A program made the position numbers and the translations under genes. Positions 26,211-40,401 of a stretch of DNA of 64,000 bases are shown piece after piece. Where the stretch lies: contig JAQGDQ010000599.1 in assembly GCA_030141605.1 (NCBI GenBank), positions 1 through 64,000 of the forward strand, given 5' to 3'. How positions within the stretch are numbered: the first letter of the stretch is position 1; each line of letters opens with the position of its first letter. The notes under the pieces were generated by a model. It was given only the letters and a program-made list of their open reading frames with translations, did no database searches and was not told the origin of the DNA. This DNA is from Tubiluchus corallicola (Eukaryota; Animalia; Priapulida).

Positions 26211-27987
26211 TAGAATTAGAGCAAAGACCGCTATTGCCCAAGTGAGGAAGGAGTGACTATTTTCGTCAGGAATTTGTCACGTGCAGTGTTAGCTCGTGAA
26301 TTTGAGACAGTTTATTAGTTTTGATATTTGTATCTACTGTAGGCAGTTACTTGACTAACGTATACGTATTTTGTATGCAATTGGAATTTACCTTACACAG
26401 TCATCGTCATCATTGTCACTATCCCCGTCATCCTAATCATCGCCGTAGTCGTCACCATCCCAACCACCACTACTCCTGAGGTTACATAACGCCTGGGAAA
26501 GACCTATCGACCGTAAAGATTCAACCACGTAGGCTAGTGGCGCCATCTGCCTGTTGTCTGGTCGTGGTTGCAAACTAATAATGGGGAAGATTTTCTGGCT
26601 TCCCTCGGCTTATCTCTCCCAATATCTGAATCCACCACTCCATAAACAAGTCTGCGAAAATTACTGTGTGCGCAGAACGGAATTCTTATTATTAGCCGGC
26701 AAATTAGTTTAAAGTTATTGATCTATTCTCAGCTTTCACACCAAATGTAATACAGACGAGTCTCATTAAAATGTACAACATCCAGCATTAAAGCAGAAAA
26801 GTTAGAGTACACACACATACAAGATATTATTCTGCATTGTCACCTCAAAGGCAGATTTTTGGTCACGTGTTACATACTATAATTCTGATAAGTGAATAAA
26901 ATTCGTTAACTTTAATAATTCATCGATAGTTTTTTCTGGGAGTGTTGAAGACCGCGGTGATGTCTGGGACTTTTCGTTGGGATTACTAATTAGTTATTAT
27001 AAAAACTAGTGGCAAGCCCAATTCTCAATACGCATGCGCAAAAGTTAAAACTTATTGTCGTCACCATGTCGTAAAGAATTGCACCATTTATACCTTTAAC
27101 GTGCTATTTAAATTCCTAAACTAAGGAAATTTTGAGAAGGGTGATTCTTTTATACAGCATGTACAAAATGTATCAATTAAGATATTTGTAAAGAATATGA
27201 AATCTAAATAAAAACCCAAATGTTTTGTTCCTGGCAGTTACATTTATAGCGTCTGTTTTCCACTTTTGCGTTCCTTAACGCCTCCTATTTTGCGTGTAAT
27301 GATATTTTAAAATAGGACGAAACTGCACAATTTCGAATACTTTTTGCCTTTTAAAGCAATTACGCAGGTCCTGAAGCCGTAGTTTATCAAGTTAGACATG
27401 ATGCCCCTGGAGATCATCTTCTTTCGTAGACTTGTCAGCTGCCTTTGCGAGTTTTCTCCTAACAAGAGTCGAGCGATTTATTCAACTAGATATGTCTGGA
27501 TGTTGCTAGTATAGTGGACCAATATTAGCAGAATCACGTTGGATTGTTAGCCTCTGGACATCCGGAATCAACAAAATCACGTCCACGAAGATCAAAGTCG
27601 CCGATACTAGTTAGAATAGTGTACGCGGCAAGGTGCCACGAATTGTAAATATTTTGTAATTTGAACACTGGGGTTATCAGAGCGGTTGTTGGTGTACAGT
27701 TTTTACCGTATGTAGAAAGCCAATCCTTAAATATGATAAACTCAAATAATAAACTTGTCTACAGACTACAGAGCTAATGTTATTTCCCATTTTTTTGCTT
27801 GCGTACAAAAATAGAGTAAGTTGATTGTATGAGAAAAATTCATAGTTCGCATATGCCATAGTTTTAACGTTTGATGAAAATATTCAATTTGGCCCTTATC
27901 ATTCTTAGTTATAAACGGAGACAGTGCTATATAGATGTCGACTTAGCAAAAATAGACTTAATAATCTAAGCCTATTGGCAACACAAC

Positions 27988-28000
27988 TAGTAAGTAAGTA

Positions 28001-28094
<94 letters not shown>

Positions 28095-28262
28095 AAAGTT
28101 TGTTAGTTTATCACCGTTTTTGAAATAGCAAAATACATAACTAAGTGATTTATAAATCTGTACAACATACAATAATATTACAAAGAGCAAAAGTGATTAT
28201 TGATTAGTGGTGAAAGGGTGGCGAAAGAACTATGAGTTATCGAGGTCAGCCACCCTCTCAGA
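27988..28262 (-). mobile_element. LINE-like 3' end with stem-loop and compound (TACT)n(TGCT)n(TACT)n tail
   Basis: AGGGTGGC (28215-28222) / GCCACCCT (28249-28256) inverted pair; microsatellite 27988-28093; related copies near 1775, 11140 and 56784. Confidence 0.55.
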
Positions 28263-30767
28263 ATTGTTACTAATATAATTAATTAATGCGCATATACCAA
28301 GTAATTAAAAATTATCAGATTTGGCATTTAATAAGTACTATTTCGTCGTTTTTACTTGTATAAAATAATGTATATTGACCGAGTGAAAGAAAATTCATAG
28401 TTTTTGTATACACTAATTATAATGTCTGATGAAAATGTTTAGTTTGGCCCTTGTCATTCTGTGAATTATAAACGCAGAATGTGCTAAATAATGTGTAGAA
28501 TGCAAATTACCTGATATGATAAAGATAAATACATTTGTATGATTAAAAAGGTATACGGTTACTACGTGAAAACACACATCAGATCATTTTGTGTAATTCG
28601 AATATGTTAAATATTTTAGGGAATAATTTGTAAATTTCATTATAAATTTTAGAAGCAGCCACTAAACCCCGCGTTACGTATATTATGTTAAGAATATGTT
28701 GTATTTATGTCATATCATTATTGTCACTGTTTACCCGTACAGCGTTGGTGTCTCATCTACTAAAATTATTATTTAACTAATAGAAGCCATTTTCTCTTTA
28801 AAACAAACCAAATTTTTGAAAAGATCACTTTTCGTACTTTGTTTGTTTTAAATTGCATTACCCTCTCGTATTTTCACTGTGTAGCAGACGAATACTTTAT
28901 GGTTTCCTGTGGGTTTGACTCACCGGATCTGGACAATTTTGTTCAAATCTCGTGCAGATAATGAACGTGTTAGTCTCCGCCGGGAGTCTAGATGATAAGT
29001 TGTTTACACAGTATCCGTAACTAGGCAACGCAATCCCTGTGAGACGCTGAGAGCCTGGCTTCACGTTTCCCTTGTCAAGTGTTTACCCGTGTCTCATCCC
29101 GACGGTTTGACTTCTAACATTTTTGCCATTCCCTCGTCCGTTTCTGTTGTCGTAATTGCTGTTGTGTTTAAAACAAATACGTTGGAGTTAATAGAGAGAC
29201 TCTACGCGGTAATGAAACGCAGTCTGATTTGAACTAAATTGTAATGATGAATCATTAGTGGCTTAAATGTTCATAAAGCAAATAAAAACCGCATAATCTC
29301 TAGACATCAGCATACATTAACAATCATCGCGTGAAAATATTACAGATTAGAGAAAACCTTATGGGATTTTGACTGGCATTAATATTCTTGACAAAAAGTT
29401 TATAAATTGTGGAAATAGCACAGTGGCCACGGAGTGAGCTCAACAACCACAGTTAAGCAACACTGAGTTAATTTAGTAAATGAATGAGTGACTGCCTGGA
29501 AAACTTCTGACTTGCCCCTGGCTAAGAAGGATGTATAAACATTCGAACGTAGCTCTCTTTGTTGATGTTTGATATTAGAGGATTTTCCTTGACAATGAGT
29601 AAGGTTTCGGTGGCGCCACAACCATTAATGTAACATCCCGACGTGCGGAATGCCTTCTTGCAGAAGTTGTAGCAAAAAGGGAAATAACATGTAAATATTG
29701 TACAAGTTAAAACTGTAGGTAAAGCAGACGTAACTTCACTGTAATCTTGGAAATTTGACTTGAGACGAATTTGTAGACACATTGTGCAGACCATTAGTTT
29801 ACCAAATTTTTGATTAAATACTTAATATGGCTTGGGGAAAATAATCATGACAAAACAGTATCTGCGCAATCAGAAAAGTTTTAAAAAGCTCAAAAGTTTT
29901 CGCATAAGACAGCAACAAACAGGAAAAAATATTATGAAATCATTTAGGTGATTTAACAGTGCTATGGCTTCTTCGTGACGTCATCCCTTGTCTGAACACC
30001 CTCTTATGTGAAAATATAATTTTAACAATTGCAGAGAAAAAGTATAATATGAATAATATAATAAATAGTGCTTGTGAGGTGATTAAAATTATATTAATAT
30101 ATAGATGTTGTGACACGGCTTTGGAGAAAATGATGACATCATCAAAATTCTACGTCCTGTGTTTTCTGCAAAAACTTTGCGACTATATATGCGCATCGTC
30201 AGCAAAATTTTTCGTTTCCTAAAATGGGTAATTTGATTTATTATCATGCCCTGGAACTTTCCAGTACGAATCCCACAAGAAGATTGCTCAGAAGTCGTCT
30301 TCTAAATGCATTTCCGCCTCTGTGGTACCGTGGTTTACATGTTAAAAATGTTCAAACAGGCGTAGCATATGTTAGGAGCTGATAGAACGAAGGGATATAA
30401 TCTTTGTTTAGAGAAGTCTGGAGTTCGAATACACAAACTTGCACTGTAGCGTGTGCCAGCCCGTGCATTTCTTTGCCAATCAGTGCTGTGGTTATTTCAG
30501 CCACCCGCTGTTCAGTATAGCCTTCGCAGAAAGAACCAAGATGATATTGCTTTCATTCAAAACAGAAAATATTTGCCTGCAAGATGCGAAGGTGTTTTGA
30601 TTTGTAGAAAAACTCTTGACCTTACAGTTGGCCATGGATATTTCTACTTACAGTTCTTGACACAGCGTTCTGGTGCTGGAGTATTTAGCAAAATGTCCCA
30701 ATGAATGTACAGTCTGCAGTGTAGATAGTGCATTGTACAGTAACTAGTGTCGATTCTGTAAACTAAT

Positions 30768-30824
30768 ATGTTTACCAAAAAAAGTACAACTTTTGGTGGT
30801 CGAGAACTGATTTCATCTAAAAAG
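30768..30824 (+). CDS. Candidate alternative first coding exon of ankyrin (MFTKKSTTFGGRELISSKK)
   Basis: 19 codons ending in the consensus AAG|GTGAGT phase-0 donor; ends in KK, as I recall vertebrate ankyrin first exons do before SD(S/A)NASFLRAAR. Confidence 0.55.
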
Positions 30825-32259
30825 GTGAGTCAATACATTAATAGATAACCATGATTTTTAAATGTCATTAAAGCTTATAATATGCTGTAATAACTGTGTT
30901 TCTTTCATGACAATAGATTACAGAAATGTTCAGCAAGAATTTTTGTGAACATATGTGTCATAATGGCAGTAATGATTTAGTGAGCATATAATGGAGACTC
31001 GCATCTTCAATGAAAATTACAGATCTGTGAATCAAAGGAGCTTAGCTTAATGACATAATAGATGTCATGACACTTTGCATAATACGATAACTAGCATTGT
31101 TTACACGACGATGTCGCTACCTACTGAAATTAGTATTAAACTAACAAAACTAGAGCTCTGTTTTAACAAACAGCTGTCGTCTTGCATATTTTTAGCCCTT
31201 TGCAGAGCCTAACAATAACCGTGGTAAAAATAGAACATAAGGGTCACAAAAACAAATACAAGTTGTATTGCGGAAGCCTGGTTGGTATACCTCTTGCTGT
31301 GCCAGGCATCAGTATATAGAGCTGGCTTTATCCTGTAGCTGTAACACGCTTGACAATATTCGTCTGTTTCTCACCCTGCAACGTTTAAATTTTGCATAAC
31401 AAAACGAACACTTTGTTTTGGTATCAAGTGTCTGAGAGAAATTCTTGAAGATGAAGAAGAGCTGACGCATCAGGGTGATGCTGAGCAGATAGTGGCGAAG
31501 TTGTGCTTTCATCAACTCACTCCTGTTCATCGGTAGTTGAGAATGGAGTAGAGACGTGATTTGGGAAGTGGTGCTGATAACATCTAGCATTTAAAGTTGA
31601 TGTTCAAATTGGACTTTTATCTACAACAGCTTTAGCGCACTGCGGAAACACTTACGGAAATGAAAAAATGGTTTAGTAAGAGTTCGCTAGGAAGATCTCT
31701 ACAGGATCTGAGGAAGTCTAAATCTCGGGAAAATGTCACCGGAAGTTTTGGGAATCTAGAAATTGCGGTAGGTGCGAAGCGACTTCTCATTTTCAACTAG
31801 AAATGTAGCATGTTGTAGTGTTACAGCCTGGAAAGAGTCTTTGAGAAACCAGCAAATGTAGCTTGTAATAAAAATATCGGGAGAAGTTCATAAAAGAAAG
31901 TGTTTATTCAACTTATTTTGCTCTCTTTTCTCGCCTCTCTTCTGTTCTGTGGTCTGCTTCTATCAATGAGCTCGTTACACAGTTCTTTAATCCATTGTTA
32001 TTTTTTCGGCAGTGTTAATCGTCTAGGTCTATGATCCCGTGTGTTCATGTGATAATGTTGAAAATACACAGGCTTGCTATAATCATGCACTAAAAGTTGT
32101 GAAATAAAAAACGCACCGACTTGTCTCAGTGCAGTCATTTGAACATTGAATCTTCCTAACCCGAAGCCTTTTTATTGCAAATTTATGAACGTAGAAATTA
32201 GGATTTTTTGGCCAAACTAGAAAATTCATAAAAAACTTAGCATCTACTGCCACTAGTTG

Positions 32260-32895
32260 TATAAGTTTTACATGTCAAATGTAGACCTGCGTTAACTCAA
32301 ATGCACATTTAGGTAATTCAAATGTGTCTTGGTAACTCAAATGTGGATAGGTGTTAAACTTTAAGGATGTTAAATTTAATCTCCTTTAATCTTAATTTAA
32401 TAATTGCTGTGAAAATAATAACTTTATAGGTCTACTAATAGTTCACTAATATTCTGTAAACTTTACATACCATTGGAACTGTTAGAACTGTTACATTCTT
32501 AAAATAAACAATGTTTCTTGAGAGAAACTAATTCATTAATGCAGTGCTAATGCATTACTTAAAAAACTAATTAGTGATTCTGTTCATTGGGAAGGGATAA
32601 ACAACACATTTTTCAAAGTTATGAAAGAGGTGATGACTATCTTTGGTTTATCTTTTTGTAATTTGCACTTAAATGAGTTAATTACCAATTTATTGCAAAG
32701 TAATGCATGTACATTTGACTTACCTAACTCAAAGGTGAGTTACCAAAACACATTCGAAATTCCTGTGTCTACATTTGACTTACCTAAGTCACATTTGAGT
32801 TGTCAAAGCACATTCGAAATTCCTATGTCTACATTTGACTTACCTAAGTCACAATTGAACTTTCCTGTGTCTACATTTGATGTGTAAAACCTATA
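32260..32895. mobile_element. MITE with ~27-bp imperfect TIRs and subterminal ACATTTGACTTACCTAA repeats
   Basis: TATAAGTTTTACATGTCAAATGTAGAC versus the reverse complement of GTCTACATTTGATGTGTAAAACCTATA; internal repeats point inward from both ends. Confidence 0.7.
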
Positions 32896-33154
32896 TAAAA
32901 TATGATTTAACAAACTTATAATGGCTTCTCGTAAATACGTTTTTAAATGTCGTTTTTTCGCCCTCTAAATATGTAGATATTCTTTTGCCATGAAACCTAT
33001 AAGTTTTCCATCTTTTTTGTTTCCTACGAGATACGTTGTTAAAATCCTACTTAAGGAAGGTTGTTCGTTTTGGTATTCCGTACGATGTATGATTTTAACG
33101 CGATGTCCATTGTTGTCGTTTTTTTCAAACTCACGAGTGACGTCACCATACAGC

Positions 33155-33360
33155 CTGGCTGGAGATGTGCAGTCGAGTGGTTTAGATTTCGGACTGCAAC
33201 CACGCAGTTTTGAGTTCGATACTAGCTGCAAACACCAGGGCAGTAGCCTACATGTTATTTGCGTGTTGCGTCCTTACCTGTATTGTAGTAAGTGTATGTC
33301 GTTGAATAACCGTTTGTGCTAATTTTGTCTGTTAAACGAGCGATGATAAATTAATCTTGT
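33155..33360 (+). mobile_element. tRNA-derived SINE (copy 1)
   Basis: A box AGTCGAGTGG, GGACTGCAA anticodon-like loop, B box GAGTTCGATAC; the body aligns with 51432-51640. Confidence 0.7.
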
Positions 33361-35192
33361 ATTTTTTAGCCTTAGCATATTTGGTTTTCAAAAGAAGCCT
33401 GATAATACAGCTCTAAAAAGAAAGCCCACGCAAACATTTCTTGACCTCTTTTTCTTATAACAATGTTTAATATCGACTTAAGTTTTAAGTTCGTGACCAA
33501 AGCTTATTAGAGTGGTGCGGCCTACGCAGCAAGATTTATGCTCGTTTGATTCGAGTTTGTTTTGTTTCCATTTAACACACCCATTAAAGTTTCAGTCTTC
33601 TCCTAGCTGACTATAGAACAACATTCTGTGCCGTATAACATGTCACGTTCCGTCGCGATCAATTACAAGCAATGGAATGCTGGCTCACATCTAGACTTCG
33701 CAATGTTTATCTTGGCTGGAAGATTTAAGCTTCTTCTTCAGAACGGACGCCTGTGCGGTACAATTGCGTGCACTGTTCCGTGATTCATAGCTTTCTAAAT
33801 AATCAAGACCAATCAGGTCTTGACAGAGTTATAAAACTGGGTAATGTAGGGCAATTTTGGTTTATTCTCTTGGACTTAAGCAGACGACCCGGCAAACTAC
33901 TGTAGACCAGCACGTTCCGTTTCGTATATTTTACGAGTCGCACACTAGCAAGTTATATATTTAGAACTCAGCGGCAGCCTAACATTGTCCTCTGCTAAGG
34001 TTGAATGTTTGAGGCTGGATCGGAACTTAGCTACTAAGAATAATCATTTTAAATGAGATACCCAGCTAGCAGGAGTGCCGTCTAATCGTAATATATCCGC
34101 GTCCTTTGTACATTTAAAATACTACACATTGTCAAAACTCGAGCTTTAAGGCTTTGAAATAAGGAACAAGGCAAGAAGAGATCTATTATTGCAAGTGGAA
34201 TTTTCTTGACTCTGACTCCATTTCCCGGTTTAAATCCAGCAAATCAAATTAAATCAAAGCGGCGGCAAGCTTTGGCATTCTTAAAGCTTTTCGTCGCTTA
34301 GCAACGGCTCGTTGCATTTGCAGGTATTTGCAGCCAGTTTTAATCCGGGAGAGGCAAAAATAAACCCAGCGAACGCCTCATTTCCACTGACGACAGAGGG
34401 GCAAATTTGCTAGTTATAAATTGTTTGCCTGGATCGCAGAGAAGATTTTTTACAGCTGACATGTTTGTGTTGTAAACCCTAATGATCTGCGTCAGCACCA
34501 AAATAAAGATCTGGGATTCGGGATCAGAAGTTGTCCCTATTTTTTTCCAAAGACAGGTTTTTCGGTGTGGTTACTGAGAGGAACGTGGCCATGCGAGAAG
34601 TCGGGGAATTTGACTTGACCACAGCTTTGAATGACTGTGACCGCACACCCACGATTTGAATATTGTCAAATGTTAATTGACACCCTGAATGGATCATGTT
34701 CAGCGTCTATAAACACGAGCTATATCCTAAGCGCTCCGCGATCTAACACGACGACTTGTTTTACAGATAAAAATCTATACTTCATGCATTTATGGTGTGA
34801 CTTAACATGCGTAGGTATTATCTCCAGCTATATCCTATCTCCTTCTTGGTGGCTCAATAGTTGAGAATATGATTAACTTGTACAATCAACTATAGTAATT
34901 TCTGAACAAATTTACTGAAGTAATGTTACCTCATGCCTTGCTGTTGCTGAGTTACACATAAATCCATTTACATTAGTAGTTTACGTAATATTGCCAAATG
35001 CCATTGACTGCCTGTCTGCTGGCTAAATGTTCATTTGATTTAGTGCGCATGCGCATATCGTGCGGAATCGTGTTTTAATGATTAATATAGCCGGACGATT
35101 TGAAATACCGACTGATGTACGACAGCGGTCTAGCTGGTCATACTGAGCAAAGGTATATACTGAATTACTGATGTCCGCTGATTACACTTTAA

Positions 35193-35648
35193 AGGAAAAC
35201 CCAATGATTGTGTAAGCATTAGTTCAGAATAAAAAATGCTCTAAAATATAGAAAACTACAATAGCTTTTTTTAAAGCTTAGATTAAATAATAATTACCTC
35301 GGATACTCAAATTTCGTTAAACTTTCAAAGCTGCGCGCGCTCATTGAATCTAAGACTGGCAGTGGCACCTTTTTGTCACGTGCGCTTGGCCGACAAATAG
35401 AAGGCGGTACCATGATAAGCATGATCATGAACTACAGTGTTAGTTTCTGACGTCATATGATGTAAAGCCCATTTTTCGTGACATCATGCGTTTAAACAGT
35501 ACTGTAACACTTACGCAAATGTGCTTGACGTGCAAGGGAATACGCCTGCCATTGCACAAACTGTGGTTAGTTTCTGACGTAAGCAATAGCTGTGTTCGGT
35601 TGCCGTTAATTAACTTTTTATGCTAATTATTCAAACAAAGAACAATTA
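35193..35648 (+). mobile_element. Kolobok-like TTAA MITE, 3'-truncated copy
   Basis: TTAA|AGGAAAAC start; colinear with 52834-53375. Confidence 0.8.
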
Positions 35649-36703
35649 AAGCGTTTCAAGCAAAAAAGGAACCCTAAAAAACCCAAGTTCACAAAATCAA
35701 CACATCAACAAGCTTGTAGCCATACATGCAGCCTCTATGATACGTTTACACTAGTAATAACGAAACATAGTACTAGTTAAAAAGTTTGGGCTGAGGTAAG
35801 TCAAAAACAGATAACACTGACTGACCTTCACTATTGATGTTGTTCTTCGGTCTTCAATGATCTTTGAAATAAAAGCTAATCGCCAAATGGGAGATCGTTT
35901 GAAGGGCAAAGCTGCAGATATTTGTTGTCTCGTTTTTCAAAAAGATGTGGTACTAAATTTTCATTTTCTTCTACTCTGTTCGTCTATCAAACAATTCAAT
36001 TTAGGAGCAGACAAATACCTTTTGGCAGTAGTGTGAAATAACTAGTATTAACAGATGAGACCGACCGTCATGCGGAATACCACCGCCACCACTAATGCCA
36101 CCGCCATCATCATCATTGTCATTATCATCCTCGTCGTCATCGCCATCATCATCATCATCACTCTCGTTGTCATCTTTGCTGCCATTATCAGGATCATAAA
36201 CTAAGAGACGTTTAATAGTTGGGTACAACATTAACACTTTTGCGGTCCAACATCATCATTATCATCATCTCGTCATCGTCACTTTCAACGTGATCTTCAT
36301 CACCTTTGTTTTATCATCGTTTTTACCAAAAATTAGAGAGCGTTTAACAGCAGCTACTTATGTTGCTAATTACAATTTGCATTGCTGTTGTCATGAACGG
36401 TAATTGTTCTTCTGTAACCATTTTTCTGATGGTCCACGTCTTCATTTTTTTAATCGTATACATGCCATTGGCAACATTGTTACCGTTAACTTCATCACCG
36501 TTAGTTATGGTCATGATCAACATCGTTGTACATCTCTGGCGTGATATTTTTCAAGTTTTGTGTCATTACTGGTGTGATGAACTCTTGTTTTTTTGTTTTT
36601 ATTTTGTGTTAAGTGTCTAGAGTGACTGTTTTGTGTCTGCGCGTTTTCTCAGCAAAATCTGTTTTCTCGTAGTTTATTACTTTGTGGAAGTTGCAACAGT
36701 CAC

Positions 36704-36717
36704 GTAACCATGGATAC
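36704..36717. promoter_or_regulatory. RFX X-box motif
   Basis: GTAACCATGGATAC, a near-perfect 14-bp X-box palindrome ending 84 bp before the ATG at 36801. Confidence 0.55.
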
Positions 36718-36800
36718 CGCATTAAAACATCAACTGAGATGTAGGTGTTCGTCACATAGGCTTAATAGGAAAATGCGTTGGTGAAGTTGTTGCTGTTTAG

Positions 36801-36857
36801 ATGACTTTAGGTGATAAATTGGTTCAGTGCCTGTCTAATGTTGCAGAGGACGATGTG
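36801..36857 (+). CDS. Candidate ankyrin alternative first or cassette exon (MTLGDKLVQCLSNVAEDDV)
   Basis: 19 codons with a GTG|GTAAGT phase-0 donor; immediately preceded by TTGCTGTTTAG, a possible acceptor; X-box upstream. Confidence 0.45.
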
Positions 36858-37744
36858 GTAAGTTTAGCTGAGGTTTCATAAATCAGACAAATTACTGAAC
36901 GTGGGAGCTCAACACGAACAATAGACACGCTTGGTTACTCTTTTAATAGTTTCAGATATAGATTCGCAACTGAGGTCACGCATGCCTACTCTGAAGCTTG
37001 TCTATTGTCTGAGAGTTTTCACTTTCCCGTCATACAAGCTACCTGGCACTCAAGAAATGAAGTTTTTTGATGGGGCAGTATTGAACTTTAAGATCACTTC
37101 TGTACTGGATGCTTCCTAAACTAACGGATGCTTGTTTTGTTGTTAAACTACCACATTTACAGACACGTCAGCTTGATATTCACTGTTTTTGAAGAGAGTC
37201 AGAGCAAAGGCGTCAGAGAAAAGAGCCAGAGCAAAGTGTAGGAGATGCTAAATCTTTACCTGGCCTTCCGTTAGTTGTATTGCCTCATACTCCTGTTTTT
37301 GGGTAGGCCTGTAGCCTGTATGGACGGTTGCTTTTCATGATAATTACGTGAAATAATTTTGGTTAGAAGGTAACTGGTTGTAATATTGTTTACTACTGTT
37401 AAGAGTGTACTTTGGAAATGCGATCAACAGTCATAGCTACGAGGTTTAAGCTGTTGCCAATATTTGGCTTCACTCGCAAACATCTGATTTTGCTTATGGC
37501 TAATTGTTTGTTTTATTGCTAGGGCAACCCAGAGCAGCTGAGTCTCTAAACTTGAAATCGATCACTGTAATAATTACTGCGTGATTTCTGTGGCGGCCGG
37601 GAACTTTTTGCACCGGGCTAATTTTAGATCATCCAGAACAAGTAAAGAGTGATCAGTGATCGCACCGATCAGTGATCCCAGGCAGCTTGATCGGCTGCTA
37701 ATACTTCTGTAAAGTTAATTGCCAATTTCCAAGTAGCTGTACGT

Positions 37745-38060
37745 CGTTAATTCCAGTAATGAGTTTCAGTCGTCTGCGACCAGGATTGTAATCAATTTTC
37801 ACATCTATTACTGACTCTAATGATGGGATTTCTTTTAAACAGAAATCCTCCCATTGGATATTGCAAAATACCACAAGGAAGAGTAGTTGGACTCATTATT
37901 GGTGTAACAATTCTAGAAACACTTTTTACTGACGCAATGCGACCTGATAGGGCTGTTTCAACCCCAGTGAAAACATAATAACTACATCTGTTACTTAGTT
38001 TTGCAAATTTTAGTTTTGCAGACTCTCTTGTACGGTTTACAGTTTGTAGTCCTAGACCAA
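37745..38060 (-). mobile_element. Highly degenerate CR1/L2-type LINE reverse transcriptase fragment
   Basis: Minus-strand translations give, in order, KLSNRCSYYV (cf. YLSNRxQxV), TLPCGILQ...GFLF (cf. CGVPQGSxLGPLLF) and ILVADD*KL-like (cf. LFADDxKL), with frameshifts. Confidence 0.45.
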
Positions 38061-38236
38061 GTCCCATATGATTTTACCGTGCATAAGTTTTTATAAGAAC
38101 TATTTTAACTCGTTGAATATTTAAACCTTCATAAGCTATACTGCTACGCTGTTGATACTGAGATCATTGCATGGTTAGTTGCAAAGCTGTGATGAGTACC
38201 TTTGTTTGGTTTCAGGGTATGCCCGATCCCCAATAA

Positions 38237-39424
38237 TGACATTGCCACACCGCTACAGCAAGGCCTGTTTATCCTATCAAGATAACCAGGTTCTACTGGG
38301 ACAGCCGTATTAAGACACAGTTGACATTGCTGCCCCCCTACAGCAAGGCCTGTTTACCCTATCAAGGTGACCAGGTTCTAGTGAGACAGCCGTATTAAGA
38401 CACAGTTGACATTGCTACCCCGCTACAGCAAGGCCTGTTTACCCTATCAAAGTGACCAGGTTCTCGTGAGACAGCCGTATTAAGACACATTTGACATTGC
38501 TACCCCGCTACAGCAAGGCCTGTTTACCCTATCAAAGTGACCAGGTTCTAGTGAGACAGCCGTATTAAGACCCAATTGACATTGCTACCCCGCTACAGCA
38601 AGGCCTGTTTATCCTATCAAGGTGACCAGGTTCTAGTGAGACAGCCGTATTAAGACCCAGTTGACATTGCTACCCCGCTGCAGCCAGGCCTGTTTACCCT
38701 ATCAAGGCGACCAGGTTCTAGTGAGACAGCCGTATTAAGACACAGTTGACATTGCTACCCCGCTGCAGCAAGGCCTGTTTACCCTATCAAGGCGACCAGG
38801 TTCTAGTGAGACAGCCGTATTAAGACCCAATTGACATTGCTACCCCGCTACAGCAAGGCCTGTTTACCCTATCAAGGCGACCAGGTTCTAGTGAGACAGC
38901 CGTATTAAGACACAGTTGACATTGCTACCCCGCTGCAGCAAGGCCTGTTTACCCTATCAAGGCGACCAGGTTCTAGGGAGACAGCCGTATTAAGACACAG
39001 TTGACATTGCTACCCCCCTACAGCAAGGCCTGTTTATCTTATCAAGGTGACCAGGTTCTAGTGAGACAGCCGTATTAAGACACAGTTGACATTGCTACCC
39101 CGCTGCAGCAAGGCCTGTTTACCCTATCAAGGCGACCAGGTTCTAGTGAGACAGCCGTATTAAGACCCAATTGACATTGCTACCCCGCTACAGCAAGGCC
39201 TGTTTACCCTATCAAGGTGACCAGGTTCTAGTGAGACAGCCGTATTAAGACACAGTTGTCATTGCTACCCCGCTACAGCAAGGCTTGTTTATCCTATCAA
39301 GGCGATCAGGTTCTAGTGAGACAGCCGTATTAAGACACAGTTGTCATTGCTACCCCGCTACAGCAAGGCTTGTTTATCCTATCAAGGCGATCAGGTTCTA
39401 GTGGGGCAGCCGTATTAAGACACG
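38237..39424. repeat. 85-bp minisatellite, about 14 copies
   Basis: TGACATTGCTACCCCGCTACAGCAAGGCCTGTTTACCCTATCAAGGTGACCAGGTTCTAGTGAGACAGCCGTATTAAGACACAGT at an 85-bp period. Confidence 0.97.
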
Positions 39425-40401
39425 GTGACTGAGGGGTACATAATGCATTTTGGAGGGCGCCCTTAACTCGCCAAACCTATTCAAGCATCACGTTACAGTT
39501 ATCTTAGTATCATCAGTGTCGTTTAGCCTCTTTGCCTTTTCTATTTTTCTGCTGAATAAATTCTCTAGATTCATATTTAGACAAAATAATTTCAATTTCT
39601 GATTGGTTTGTTCGCTCTTAATTTGCTTCCACCCATCAACTTTTTCCACATTGCCAGTCTGACATTGTAGGCCTATACCGAACATTCAGTCTAGCCGCAA
39701 ATTTTGCTAATCTGGTTAACAAGATCTCCTCTCGTGAAATATTAACGTCTTTCCTGTTGTCTTGGGGTGAATGTTTGCAGCTTCCACAAAGGGACAGCAG
39801 ATAATCTAGTTAAAAATTCAGCGAGTATCGTCAATACATTTGTGATTTTGATTGCTTTTATGATTGCCAACCTTGTCCAATTATCAGTGGTGATGGTACT
39901 GCGATCGTGCATAGCATCACATTCGTAACACGATGGCTTCAGGCTCGCATGGTAGACAGAACTTGGCTTTGGAGACTCTGCAATGATTTTTTCCGCAAAA
40001 TCTATGATTTGCAAGGAGTGCGACGTACAAATTATTCTGCAGACATCAAGCCGCCAGACGTCAAGGTGATGATGAATGTGGCTTCTCTGAAAATGTAGCT
40101 TTTTCGTCAATAAGCTCTGTCATTAATTTAGACAAAATGCCACCTCGGTTGTTCATGGAGGGCAATTTGTGTTGCCGAAGATAAACGTCGACCGGATTTT
40201 AATTCGTTCTGCAAAATCTGCGATGCTGAAGCCTTCTGTAGACAGTGTGCTTCCAGAACTGTCTCTGTTTGCTTTGTGGCTTCGCACTGGATATTGAGAA
40301 GTGCTGCTGTGTGATGAGACTGAACATCATTATGGATGGAGTGAGATGGTCGAAGAAGGAGACTCATCAGCCAATTGTTTTATAAACTTTTCAGCTATTA
40401 A

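Noticed and set aside
25720-26213. Cys-rich repetitive proteins from ORFs 25720-26213
   Set aside because: The frames are open only because the unit length (60) is a multiple of 3; there are no splice signals.
27777-27815. ATG-to-GTAAGT phase-0 segment MLFPIFLLAYKNR as an ankyrin first exon
   Set aside because: It lies in AT-rich, locally duplicated repeat DNA without promoter features, and illustrates the chance background for such segments.
35780-35801. Strong GAG|GTAAGT donor as a coding first exon
   Set aside because: An in-frame TAA lies five codons upstream with no intervening ATG; at most a non-coding exon.
39742-40367. ORFs at 39742-40367 as a nested gene
   Set aside because: No recognisable domain or consistent splice sites; more likely promoter or 5'UTR sequence for the 40402 exon.
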